Below are positions 34,425-46,699 of a stretch of 64,000 nucleotides of DNA, one piece after another (within the stretch, counting starts at the first letter, position 1; each line of letters starts with the position of its first letter). Origin of the DNA: Squalus acanthias (taxonomy: Eukaryota). The translations under genes and the position numbers were made by a program. The notes under the pieces were generated by a model that saw only the letters and a list, made by a program, of their open reading frames with translations, searched no databases and was not told the DNA's origin. Where the stretch lies: positions 123,940,001-124,004,000 of the forward strand of contig CM059431.1 in the NCBI GenBank assembly GCA_030390025.1, read 5' to 3'.

Positions 34425-35070
34425 CCTGGACTTTCCTGTTTCCGGAGTGGGGGGGAGGGTGGTGGGTGCCGCTAGACTGTGGGAAACCCGGGTTACCCCG
34501 TGTGCTGTGCGTGTGATGTCATGGTTGGGTTCCCCGCCCGGAAGCCAGCCTGATTGACAGGTAGGCTTCCAGTCGGGCGGGGAACGCTGGCTGGACAGGA
34601 CGCCGCAGCAATAGGTAGGTGCTGGGTCCATGCCCGGGGGCGGGGTGGCGTGTGTGTTGGTGGGGGTCCAAGCCCGGTGGGGGGGGGGTTCCACCTGCCC
34701 AGGTGCGGGGGCAGGTCCGATCCCGACCCCGGGGACGGTGCGGGGGTGAGCTTGGGAGGTCGGGAGGAAGCACTCCTGCTCCTCCCGGCCCACGAGGATT
34801 GCTCCCTGAGGCTGTTCTTGCCTCGCTGCAGCTACTGGGAATCCCGAAACCCAGGATTCCCGGCCGCCGGCAGTTAAACCTGCTCAGCAGGTTAAAGCGG
34901 AGGCTTCAGGCCTCATTATCATATTTAAAATGCCAACCCGCCTCCTGGCAGCGGGTTGCCGCCCCCTACCCGCCTGAGTAATAGGTGAAAGTTGCCAGGT
35001 TGGAATTTAGATTTTTTAAACTTTAACTTCCGCACCGCCCCCCACCGCCTCCGGGCTTGGACCCGCATTA
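34425..35070. mobile_element. GC-rich non-autonomous DNA-transposon-like relic
   Basis: Abrupt GC-rich block starting GACCTGGACTTTCC, with motifs resembling relics near 10470-10640 and 49660-49780. No TIR pair or TSD resolved. Confidence 0.35.
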
Positions 35071-36073
35071 TCACAGAGGGGATCCTCAAGTCCTCTGTGA
35101 TTATTTGATGCAATTTAGTAATTGGAGTCTCTGCCTCCTCAGAAACGGTCCTGCCATTCGTTCCAGAAGGGATATCATGGCCATGTAGACTCCTTCTCTG
35201 GGAAAGAATCTTTTCCTGAGAGTTTTGTCCCTGACATTTGTCCTATTCATTTGATAGGATTACGGGAGTCACTGAAAGAACATTCCATAGTCCTCATTTT
35301 GCTTACCCTCGACTCCAGGGAATGCCCATTTCTCAGTAAATAAAGGTAAAGAAAAGGGGGCAGAGAACCATTTTGCATTGCCTTGGCACTTCTGAGGATT
35401 TCCTGAGGAGCCAGAGCTAGGCCGACACTTGCAGTCAGCACATGAGCTCTGTAACATATCATTTTGCAGGTTTTATTCTGTTGTCTGAAACAATTGTTGG
35501 TGTTTGATGTTTAGATCAACAGATAATTCCTCATGCACACCATTTGGCAGGCAATTACAATGTAACAGCGGACACACTCAACTACTTGATGGTCCATTTC
35601 CAGACTCTAGGATTTCTGAAGTTTGATCTCTTTGCTTTTCCAGAAACCTACCAGTTCCTTCAATTACATTCAAAAATAAAAGCATCACCTTGGATGAAAC
35701 TTTCTTTACACATTTTCCCCTTTCTTCTAGTTTTATTCAAAAATCTCAAGCAAACAGAGATGCTTTAATTTACTTCAGTATGTTATTGTAGCTTTGAGAC
35801 AATGGAGATCATTTAAAAAAGAGTTTGCATTCATATAGAATCTTTCACAGCCGTAGGATGTCCCAAGCACTTCACAGGCAATGAAGTATTTTTAAGCGTA
35901 GTCATTATTGTAGGCAGGTGCAGCAGAAAATTTGCACATAAGATGGTCCCACAAACAGCAATGAGTTAAATTACCAGAGAATCTGTCTTGGTGGTGTTGG
36001 TTGAAGAATAAATGTTGACTAGCTTACCAGGACAACTCTCTGCTCATTTCCAAATAGCGCCATAGGATCATTT

Positions 36074-37448
36074 GGGGGTGAAATTGGGTGCCTTTGCGCC
36101 TCCCGTTAGTGCCGACCGGGGGGCGCTAACAGGGTGCAAATGGCTTTATGACCAGGCGCAACGCTGACATCGACACCCGCCATATTCGACTCCCGTCATC
36201 GGCGTGCGCATCGCCCCGATAATGCCCCGGACTCGAAATTGACTTCGGCCCCCTGCAGCTGCGCCGGTTGAAAACACTGACAGCTGCAGGATGCGTGCAT
36301 CAGGCCACCGGCCACTTCGGGGGCGATGATTAAAGGCAAGGTGGCCGAGCTAAGTGAAAAAATAAGTACCTTTCCTGTTCTACTTTTTTTTTTGCGGGTT
36401 CCTGCCTGCTTGAGTGCCGGACTGATCGCATGGGATCGCGGCTGCCTTGGTGGCCCAGGTAGGTACTTTTTACATTGCAGAGGCTGCAGCGATGGCCCTT
36501 CCCTTTAAGGGAGGGAAGGAGCCTTTGAACACGGCAGCGCTGCACGGCCCAGTGTGCAGCACTGCTGAAGTCTCCGCCTCGCTCTCCGACATTAGAGCCC
36601 TAAGAAGCGCTTGATTTAGCGCTCCACTTCCCTCTTGGTGCGCTAAATCTCAATTTTGTGGTTGCTAAGGTTAGTGCCCAGGTGATATTCGCGCCCCTAA
36701 ATGGTCGATTATGGCCCGTATATTCCAATGCCTATGGGTGTGTACGCGCTGTGTTCACACTCGTAGGGACATCGGAAATGCCGGTTTCAGGCATGCGAAG
36801 CACATGCACTGAAAACCGGCATTTCCGATCTGTCAAGAATGCCCGAGAGAAGGGCCTCTGTGGGCGGATAGTTCCGCTTTCTGGAGAACCTCCGCCCGCA
36901 GAAAACCCTTAGAAATCTTACACCTGGTAAAAGCAAGTGTAAGGCCTGCTTTACCAGCATAAGAGTTGAAATAAGTAAAAAAAATGTTTCTAAAACACTT
37001 CTAAAAAAGATAAGTTTATTTTTAGTCCCGTAAAAAACTTTAATTATTTTTTTCAAAAAATTAAATTTTTGTTTAAAATATTTAATTTATTGTAATTTCA
37101 ACTCATTTGAAAAACGTGGTGTTTTTTAAAAAATGTATTTAATGTTTTACAGTGTTTTTGGGGTGATCTCCATTCATATATTTGACATGTCTATCTGTCA
37201 AGTGTATGAAGGGAGATTCCCTTCTCCTATTGGCTCCCCATGGCCCAGGTGATCACAGGGATGCTTGCAAACTGCATGCGCCTCTGGGATACGTGGGTCC
37301 TGCGCATTTCGAGTTTGGAGAGGCCCAGGAGCGGAAGTGTACGCACCTCGGGAGCCCTCAGGTAAGTTCACAGATTTTTTTCCGATAGGAGGTATCTGCA
37401 CGCAGGAAGCCTCCGATCGGAAATTACAGGCCACCAAATTTTTCCCCC
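36074..37448 (+). mobile_element. Non-autonomous Harbinger element containing a second MITE in its right subterminal region
   Basis: TIRs GGGGGTGAAATT / AATTTTTCCCCC. TSD TTT. Termini homologous to A/B. Confidence 0.85.
36713..37432. mobile_element. AT-core Harbinger-type MITE
   Basis: TIRs GGCCCGTATATTCC / GGAAATTACAGGCC. Shares the CTGAAAACCGGCA motif and AT-rich core with 5768-6511. TSD not clean. Confidence 0.75.
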
Positions 37449-38009
37449 TTTATGTCTACCTGAGAGGACAGATGAGGCTTCGGTTTAATGTATCATCTAA
37501 AATATGTCAGTGCAGCACTCCCTCAGTATATTAGGTATGATACTAAGCATTTCTCACCAATGTGATAGAATGGTTTTTATTCCATGTGCCTAGCAAGGGG
37601 CTTCAAACTGAACAGTAAGATAAGGACAAGGGGACACTGGTTGAAATTAGTAAAAGGCAAATTTAGGACTGTTATCAGGAGGTTCTTCACACAAAGAATG
37701 ATAAATAGATGAAAAGGACTTGCAAGTAGTGAATTATGCAAATGATCTGACCTCACAAAAAGCCTGCAGTCATTGAAAATATTGTCCGATGCTGTGATGG
37801 GGGAAACTGTGGAGTCCTTCTGCAAATTGTGCTGAATGGCTTTCTGCTTCTGTGGCTGTCTTGTGATACTGCAAACCTTTATATTCTTCCCACTTGCAAG
37901 GACAAAACAATCCATCATGAAATAATCATGCTCTCAACCTTCTTGACAACATATTTAAGTTTCCCATCACAATCACTTCAGTTGTACCATTTATAATGGC
38001 ATTGGTAGG

Positions 38010-38830
38010 CCTATATGCTACAGATTGGATGAATCTCTGGTCTTTCATCACTGGGATCTAGAATAGAATCTAGCCAGGTTTTCCTCTGGCAAGGTTCCCA
38101 CCGGAAATGAATTTGAGCTGGATCTGTGCTCATCTGAGTCCCAACTCTGATCATGGTGGACCTTTCAGGGTCAGGCTAATTTGAATGTTGATGATGGGCT
38201 CCTGGTGGTATTTCTGGGTCTGCCAGGTTGTCCACTTCAGAAAACGGGAGGAAAATGGCAGTGGCAACTGATCCCTTTGTGAAGCAGCCCTTTGAATTTG
38301 ATAATCTTCTCCTCCACCTCTTTAGCAGTGCTGGACGCTCGGAACGCAAATAATTTCGATGCCCGGCATTGCTAAGACATGAATGAGAGGCAATATGTCA
38401 GGTTCCTGTCATTACCCTACAATTTGCATATGCCTGCCCAAGTCTTGATGGAAAATCCCAGTGTGACGGTGGAGGTCGGGAAATAGCAGAACTGCTCCCT
38501 GACACATTTCCCCAGTCCTGTTCATCCAGAAATCATCTGAAAGTGGATGCTATTTCTGAGGGAAGTCCAGCTCAAAGTCTCCTTCACCTTTTTTTGTGAG
38601 GGTGCTACCCGAAAGGAGTTATGTTGGTCTTAATCCAGTTCCTAGTGAGCACGAGCCCACATCACAAAACTGCTCTTAACTCCACATTACAGTAATTAGC
38701 ATTAAATTGACATTCCCACTGGAGAGCTGGCAGGTTGGTTGATGTAGGAAACTGCCACACTGGTGCAGTCAGGGTGTTATTCTGTGATTGGGACTGAGTG
38801 ACATTAGTGAGTGCAAAATTCACACAAGAA
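38010..38830 (+). mobile_element. Degenerate LF-SINE-like element interrupted by a small TIR element (38115-38573)
   Basis: TCCAGTTCCTAGTGAGCACGAGCCCACATCACAAAAC, AATTAGCATTAAATTG and terminal AAATTCACACAA resemble the LF-SINE consensus as recalled. The insert is bounded by GAGCTGGA/TCCAGCTC. Confidence 0.5.
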
Positions 38831-38959
38831 ATGCTAAATTGAAAGACCTCCGAGGAGTTGCTTAATTTGTTACTATAAAAGTTTGCAGTCAGATCCTTTG
38901 ATTGTCTTGGGTAATCGTACAGTATTTTAATTGCTCAGGAGTGTCTGTTAAGGGGGTTA

Positions 38960-39420
38960 CTTGTCTTTATTCTCGCATAAAATTGCCCAGTCAAACTAGA
39001 TCACCATCTATTCAGCAGGTCTTTTTATCATTGTCTAAGGGAACAGCAGTTCTTGCCTGTCATTCTTATGAGACAAAAACTCAACCTTTTAAATTATTAT
39101 TACTAATATTTTGTCACTTTTAGTTCATACCTTTTCCACCCATACATTCCTCCAGGTGATGTCTAGGTTCTCCGAACGAATGTTTAATCTATTGAAGATG
39201 ATGTTTGTAAGCCCTCGTGTTGCTATCTCGTTATTCTCGTGTGCTCTGTTTCCTTTCAAATAAACTGTGCATTTTTCAAAATTAAATTGACTTCTGGTGA
39301 GCAGCCATGACTCCTGAAGGCACAGGATATCCTGACTTTTAATGAAGTACGCCCACTCATTATTTTCCATTTTTTAAAGAATTCCTGCTGTGTTTGAGAA
39401 AATTAATTGTAGATTTCTTA
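38960..39420 (-). pseudogene. Ancient LINE APE-endonuclease relic
   Basis: LIFSNTAG, DILCLQESWL and a GNF..ARI (GDFNARI-like) motif in the expected order. Confidence 0.55.
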
Positions 39421-39893
39421 GCAGATTACTGCATAATTTCACTATTATTTAATATACTTTGCATTGACCTTTGTACTGATCCATTGCAACTTTGTGATTC
39501 CTGGAATAAAATACTTTTTATGACTGAGTAAAGTTCTCGGTAATGCCAAGAATTACTGCGAGTGATGTTATTGCATGAATGCTCACAGAGTAACTTAGGA
39601 GCAGGAGTCGGCCATTCAGCTCCTCAAGCCTGTTCTGCCATTCAATTAGTGCATGGCTGATCTGTACCCACCTTCCTCCATATCCCTTGATATCCATACC
39701 CAAGAAAAATCTATCGATCTTAGTCTACGCTTTGTGTGATAAAGTGCTTCCCGATTTTACTTCTAAATGGCCTAGCTCTAATTTTAAGATTATGCCCTAT
39801 TGTTCTGGATTTCTTCCACAGATGATATAATTTCTCTAGATCTATCCTATCAACTCCCTTTATCATTTTAAAGACCTTGATTAGATCATGTTT

Positions 39894-41553
39894 TGTAAGG
39901 TTTCCAAAATTTTGCAGATGCCCAACCTAAGGAAAAGGGACTTTGGAACTACCTCAGAGTGAAAAAATTGCATTTGGGCCTAACCTAAGGAATATAAGAC
40001 CAAAAACCAAGTTTTGGCATTTTAAAACTATGTCTGGGCCTGTAAAGGAACAAGAAAGTGGGTTCGATCTCTGTAAAAGCAGTTTTGGGAATTGCAGTTA
40101 ATTGCACTGTCTGGGGAACCGGGATGACCTCACTCAAGCCCCAGCAGGCATTAACATTTTGACAATAGACCCTGGGAGAAGACAGTCCCACCCAAAATAA
40201 AAGGCCCCATCAACCCGATTACAGGGCCCATCAGAAAACTTGCATAATCCAAATCACTCAGGATCATTCTTTAGAAAAGACCGAGTCCAGCCTAGAAACC
40301 CAAAACACGAAACCAATCACCAGTGATCAGCCAAGGAGATCGACAGGATGCAAACCATCCCAAAACCCATTTGACACTTACAGAGCAGTTACTGGTAACA
40401 GGCCCGCCAAAAATCAGACAATGAACTGAGTAGATTTGGCGGGTAGATAAGGCCATGTTCAATGGGTGAGATTGAAGGACTGTTAAAAACCCAGTTAACG
40501 CGCTAGTAAGTCGTTACCGATTTACGAGCCCGCCAAAAACCAGACAATGAACTGAGTAGATTTGGCGGGTAGATAAGGACACTTCAATTTAGTATAATTG
40601 AAGGCCCCTCAAGCAGTTCAAAGTCAGCAGTCAGTCGCAACTGGTGGTCATCAGAAGAAGAAGAAACCAGGAAGAAGACAAACCGAGCTGGAAGCGAGTC
40701 GGCATTGCTCACCACTCAGACACACCTGAGTCCAGCCCATGAAGATACCACCTCGACGGACCTCTAAAAATGGTCCCAACACAGTCACCCGGAGCAACAA
40801 CCAGCAAGAAGACATCGACGGCTCCACAAGGCCGACCGACACACTAGACAAGGCCTAAAGCCATCGCGGAAACCAAAGGCCTCACGAAACCAACAACCGC
40901 ACATTACCCCCAACTGACCGGGTAATAGCAGGCCACCACGACCAACAAAGACCAACTCAAGGAAAGAAAACCCAAAGAACCGCAGAGCTTCCACACTACA
41001 AACTACTCCTGACTTACCCCTGGGTAAGATTTCTACCAAAAGACTCTAAACCCTACTGCTGAACTAAAGAAATTGGGTACTCACCTGATAGATCCAAAAC
41101 GTACCCTACCACATCAGTGGACTCGCGAAGACTGACCAGAGACTCAGGTGAAGTCCTCTACCGCGTATGGGGTACGGCAGACACTAACCGCCATAAACAG
41201 CGAACCCCAAAACCGCGATTTAGCCCAACTGTCAAAGGATTGGTGAGCATTATCCCTGGTCCTTCAAAACCTAACTTAGCTAGTAAAGTGGGGTTGGGAG
41301 TGGTGAAGTATTGTTCTACTGTCATTTCCCTCGCTTGTACCGAAGTGTTCCCCACCTTTAGAGTGTTAAGAGTGTTATTATTTGTGTCTTACCTTTTAAT
41401 AAAGATTGAAGTTCTTACATCAAACTCAGTTGTCTGCTGCACCTTTTTATCAAAACCCCCAAATAAGTCCAAGGTCTAGAACCAATGGAGTGGGAACGAT
41501 TCAAACTGCTCAGAAGTCAGAGGTAAAGCTGACACAAACCACCACCCCCTACA
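39894..41553 (+). repeat. 5' LTR (1660 bp)
   Basis: Direct repeat of 45064-46699 with scattered substitutions and a 23-nt indel. CCAAT near 40313, TATAAT near 40593 and AATAAA at 41398. Confidence 0.95.
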
Positions 41554-41555
41554 TA

Positions 41556-43379
41556 ATGGCGACCACCGCACGAGCTTGGCAAAAGGGATGTGATGCAGTG
41601 GACACTGTTTTTGAGGAAGAAATGAAGATGGAGGAAAGGATTTCCTCCTATGTGTTCGAAAAGATGAACATAACTAAGAAGTAGGTACTCAGTCTGCTAC
41701 GTGCTGAAAGTCCAATAGACGCTGCAGCTAAGTGGACTGAGAGCAAAGACCACAGGAAATCTGTGGAAAAGGCCATCTGGTTGATCTGCTCCCAGAAACA
41801 GATACAACTGTTGGACAAACATGTAGAGACACTCAAAGCATAACTGCAGGAGTCTGCTCAGCTGTCTCAAGCAAGGGCCCTAGCAGGGGAAACACTACTG
41901 AACTAGCTAACAGCCCAAGACCAGGAAAGGAGGCAGATAGTGGAAACGCACAGGAACAGTAAAGAGTATTTTCAGTGTCAGGTCACCGAAGCAAAAACCA
42001 GTGAACTAGTGTTGAGGGAAGAGAACACCTGCCTTGCCAGGCAAGTAAAGGAACTAGAGGAGAGGTTAAGAGATGTCCAGGCAGCTTACAAGGTAGCAAG
42101 CTCAAGGCGGTATGAAACGGGAGAGCACGGCTACTGCCAGAAACAAATAGAAAGTTTGAACCTTGCTCTGTCCAGAGCCAAATGCATGGTATGCCTGTTA
42201 AGCCCGGGTACGGCCCGAGTGGACCTGGAAGTGCAGGGGAAAACTGTTTGAACGCCACCTGTGGCACCGGGGATCGACCCGGTTGGGCAGCAGGAAGGAA
42301 GGGCGATTTGTGAGGCTGGCAAGGCAGAGCACACCACCACCTGTGGCGCCGGGTTTTAACTTGGTTTGGCAGCAGGCAGAGGTGGGTGAACCAATGCAGG
42401 AGAGGTCGGAGCCGGGGCCGATGTGCCCGGTCCGGCAGCAAAAGTTTGGCCCACCTGGCTGTGGTGGGGGTTAATGACCCCTTGAAAGCCAATTCGTGGC
42501 TCCCCACGGTACCCAACAGCTTAGTGCTTTGGTAAGCCACCTGGGCAAACTCACCCAAAAAGGGGACCCCTCAGTCCACTTCATGGAAGTGGAACAGGCA
42601 GCGGGCATCAATGACTGCGATGATGCCGAGATGGCCAAAATGCTCCTGTTCTCACTGGACAGCAAAATCTACCATTCCCTTTCCGCAGAGAGTAAAAGAG
42701 GGCAGGGTGGATATGCTGCTATCAGAGAGGGAGTTCTGGAGGCCATGGGTATGAACGATGGTAGTCCTTTCTCCAGGGTGGAGAAGACTACACAGCTAGT
42801 AGGGGAGACCCCACAGGCTTTCGCAGACCGACTGTGGCCTGTGTACAGGAGTGCCTGTAACGGGGCTCTCAACAGGGCTCACCTGAATCAGGATGAGCTG
42901 GCCCACTGGCTCCAAAGTCTGGTGGCGAACAGCTTGCCACGGATCAGAGCCAAGGCCGAGCTGTGGTTTGACCCAAGGGACCCCCGGGGCACCGAAGAGA
43001 CAGTGGTCAGACAACTGACCCTGGCTTACCGAAACGATAGGGGGACAGAGGAGCATCCACCCAAGGGGAAGGTGCATGAGTTAAAACCCAGCCAGGGTAA
43101 GAAACAGTGGCACCAGTAAGGGGGTAACCCTTCCGACATGAAGCGTAACTGCTTCGGGTGCGGGAATAGTGGGCATTGGAGGAAGGACTGTAGGAATCCG
43201 TGGAAGGATAACCTAGGAAAGAATTCTCCAGCTCTGCCCGAAAGGTAGAAACCCCGACCTCTCCCCACACGTTAGACTCGGTCGTAAAAGCGATTCGAGC
43301 CTTGTTAACTGGCCCAGGAAAGGTAGCCACAGCCACTGGGACAGTAACCCCATCTGCCCCCCCTAACGCAGACCTATGA
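41556..43379 (+). pseudogene. gag: coiled-coil N-terminus, capsid with MHR-like motif, CCHC knuckle, C-terminal PSAPP
   Basis: MATTARAW...; QLVGETPQAFADRL; CFGCGNSGHWRKDC (43149-43190); TPSAPPNADL* ending at TGA 43377-43379. Several in-frame stops and frameshifts. Confidence 0.8.
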
Positions 43380-43703
43380 CTAGAACCAGCGCAGCCTGTC
43401 TACCTGTGTTCCCCGGAATACGATGGTAAGATGGGGGTGGAGACGGTGCATGGGAGACATTTAGGGGACACCGGAGCTTCCAGCACGGTGGTCCATTCGG
43501 AAGACCCGACCAATTCACCCATGTCGAACCAGGTCCCATTTAGCCTAATGGGGTTCACAGGGAACGAGCAGGCTGGGGCAATGTCCAAACATTTGGACAT
43601 AGATTCCATGCCACATGGGAGGGTAACCAAAAGGTCGACAAGTTGGCCAAGCAGGGGGCCAGGGAAGGAGAGTTCTGGGATCCCTATAAAGCAGGTTCGG
43701 TAG
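43380..43703 (+). pseudogene. Aspartic protease remnant, in frame with the gag stop
   Basis: LGDTGASSTVV active-site motif and LMGFTG flap-like motif. Confidence 0.75.
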
Positions 43704-45063
43704 CCACAATCCGGGACAAGGGAGGCACACAGGGTAGCTTTGCCCCCGGACTTAAAGCAGGTCCAAGCCCAGGAACCTGTCCTTAAGGCCGTCCTGGTAA
43801 AGAGAGCGAATGGGGAGTCCATAGAAGGTCCGTTCAGGGCAGCGGACGAGATTTTAAAACAGATTCACTGGCAAGCAGCCAGTAACCTGGGGAGCCAGCA
43901 CCAGAAAAATCGGCTGCTGTTAGAACCCCAGAGAACCCACGAGTGGGAGATTAACCAGTGGAAACTGTTTAAACCCGAGAAAAGGGAACAGTCAGCAAAG
44001 GTGGACCACCCCAAAGTTAGAAAGCCCCAGCCAGCAGCTGTGGCAGACTCACAGGCTGCAGCGGCGGGGACAGTGGCTTGTATCACAGGAGGGTACACTC
44101 CACCGATTATGTGGGACTCAGGCAGTGGCCAGAGTCCTGAGAAGGTCTCCTCGCACACCACAGCCTAAACTGCCATGATCACCGGTACATCAGTGGTTCA
44201 GCCCAGCAGGGGCTGCGACCCGAAAGAGAATACCCAAAGTCAGGGGTCATTCTAAGAAGAGGGATCCCCAGCCTGCGGCCTCATGCTGCGAGGTACCCAC
44301 AGGACAGGACAGGGACGCAGCAGCCACACCAAAGGGGGCAGTGTGCTGTAGCACAGGAGGGGACACTCCCGGGATTGTCAGGGATTCAGGGAAAACCTCA
44401 GTTGCTCTAAGAAGGACTCTCAGGGTCCTGCGGTACAGGCCACCTTACGCCCAGGCGTACCGGCTGCTCAGAAGCTGCCCAAGGCAGAGGCCGTACAGGA
44501 TTTAGCTGGGCCATCCAGAGACGGGCGGCGTATGTACAGAGTTTAATGTATTTAGGTGTGTTTTACGGTTTTGATAGTTTTAGTTTTAGTGAATTATTTT
44601 TACTTAAGTAAGTTTAAATTTTTCAAGACTCGATCACCTGTCAAGCCAAAGAACCTTCTCGGGACATGGCTATCTGTTTTGTGTGTCCCTACAGAGAGGA
44701 AATCGGCATGCCGATCCTGACATGAGAAAGCATGGGACCAGCATTACAATAAAGCCTGTGGCCAGGTTTAGGGCGAGCCTTAATTTGTTTTTATTAAAAT
44801 GAAAAAAGTTTTGTGATCGTGTATTAGTTTTACTATGTATGTACTGTGTCTTCCAAGTGGTGCAGGGGTGTTGGACCCCCTCCGTGTTTGGATATGAATG
44901 TAACTGATTCTTACCTGTATGTATTGGAACACTACACCAACAAGGGGAATGTATGTTTTGGGGTTTTAGTCTAGGTAATACAGGGGAAGGTTGGGTTTTG
45001 AGGATCAGGAATTTTATCCACCCAGAACAATACTGTAGCGACTTAAAGTATTGCAGGAGGGAC

Positions 45064-46699
45064 TGTAAGGTTTCCAAAATTTTGCACATCTCCAACCTAA
45101 GGAAAAAGGACTTTGGAACTACCTCAGAGTGATAAAATTGCATTTGGGCCTAACCAGGTTTTGGCATTTTAAAACTATGTCTGGGCCTGTAAAGGAACAA
45201 GAAAGTGGGTTTGACCTCTGTAAAAGCAGTTTTGGTTATTGCAGTTAATTGCACTGTCTGGGGAACCGGGATGACCCTACTCAAGCCCCAGCAGGCATTA
45301 ACATTTTGACAATAGACCCTGGGAGAAGACAGTCCCACCCAAAATAACAGGCCCCATCAAACCGATTACAGGGCCCATCAAAAACCTGCATAATCCAAAT
45401 CACTCAGGACCATTCTTTAGAAAAGACCGAGTCCAGCCTAGAAACCCAAAACACGAAACCAATCACCAGTGATCAGCCAAGGAGATCGACAGGATGCAAA
45501 CCATCCCAAAACCCATTTGACACTTACAGAGCAGTTACTGGTAACAGGCCCGCCAAAAATCAGACAATGAACTGAGTAGATTTGGCGGGTAGATAAGGCC
45601 ATGTTCAATGGGTGAGATTGAAGGCCTGTTAAAAACCCAGTTAACGCGCTAATAAGTCGTTACCGATTTACGAGCCCGCCAAAAACCAGACAATGAACTG
45701 AGTAGATTTGGCGGGTAGATAAGGCCACTTCAATTTAGTATAATTGAAGGCCCCTCAAGCAGTTCAAAGTCAGCAGTCAGTCGCAACCGGTGGTCATCAG
45801 AAGAAGAAGAAACCAGGAAGAAGACAAACCGAGCTGGAAGCGAGTCGGCATCGCTCACCACTCAGACACACCTGAGTCCAGCCCGTGAAGATACCACCTC
45901 GACGGACCTCCAACAACGGTCCCAACACAGTCACCCAGAGCAATAAGCAGCAAGAAGACATCAACGGCTCCACAAGGTCGACCGACACACTAGACAAGGC
46001 CTAAAGCCATCACGGAACCCAAAGGCCTCACGAAACCAACAACCGCACATTACCCCCAACTGATCGGGTAATAGCAGGCCACCGTGACCAACAAAGACCA
46101 ACTCAAGGAAAGAAAACCCGAAGAACCGCAGAGCTTCCACACTACAAACTACTCCTGACTTACCCCTGGGTAAGATTTCTACCAAAAGACACTAAACCCT
46201 ACTCCTAACCAAAGGAAATTGGGTACTCACCTGATAGATCCAAAACGCACCTTACCGCATCAGCAGACTCGCGAAGACTGACCAGAGACGCAGGTGAAGT
46301 CCTCTACCGCATACGGGGTACGGCAGACACTAACCGCCATAAACAGCGAACCCCAAAACCGCGATTTAGCTCAACTGTCAAAGGATTGGTGAGCATTATC
46401 CCTGGTCCTTCAAAACCTAACTTAGCTAGTAAAGTGGGGTTGGGAGGAGTGAAGTATTGTTCTACTGTCATTTCCCTCGCTTGTACTGAAGTGTTCCCCA
46501 CCTTTAGAGTGTTAAGAGTGTTGTTATTTGTATCTTACCTTTTAATAAAGATTGAAGTTCTTTTATCAAACTCAGTTGTCTGCTGCACCTTTGTATCACA
46601 ACCCCCAAATAAGTCCAAGGTCTAGAACCAAGGGAGTGGGAGCGATTCGAACCGCTCAGAAGTCAGAGGTGAAGCTGACACAAACCACCACCCCCTACA
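45064..46699 (+). repeat. 3' LTR (1636 bp)
   Basis: Direct repeat of 39894-41553. Confidence 0.95.

Larger units (their letters stand above)
35822..37530 (-). mobile_element. Second, older copy of the same SINE, split by a MITE
   Basis: Colinear with 33301-33630 on both sides of 36074-37448. Confidence 0.8.
39894..46699 (+). mobile_element. LTR retroelement with ~1.65-kb LTRs, gag and protease remnant; RT, RNase H and integrase core missing
   Basis: LTRs 39894-41553 and 45064-46699 (TGTAAG...CCTACA). PBS-position TGGCGACCAC at 41557. PPT GCAGGAGGGGAC before the 3' LTR. TSD not preserved (GTTT vs CTTC). Confidence 0.92.

Noticed and set aside
40651..41479. ORFs repeated in both long LTRs (e.g. 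41158-41355 and 46304-46501)
   Set aside because: Their recurrence only reflects LTR identity. They are short and have no recognisable domain.
43740..45060. Possible env or accessory gene before the 3' LTR
   Set aside because: No long ORF, signal peptide, furin site or transmembrane segment is recognisable.
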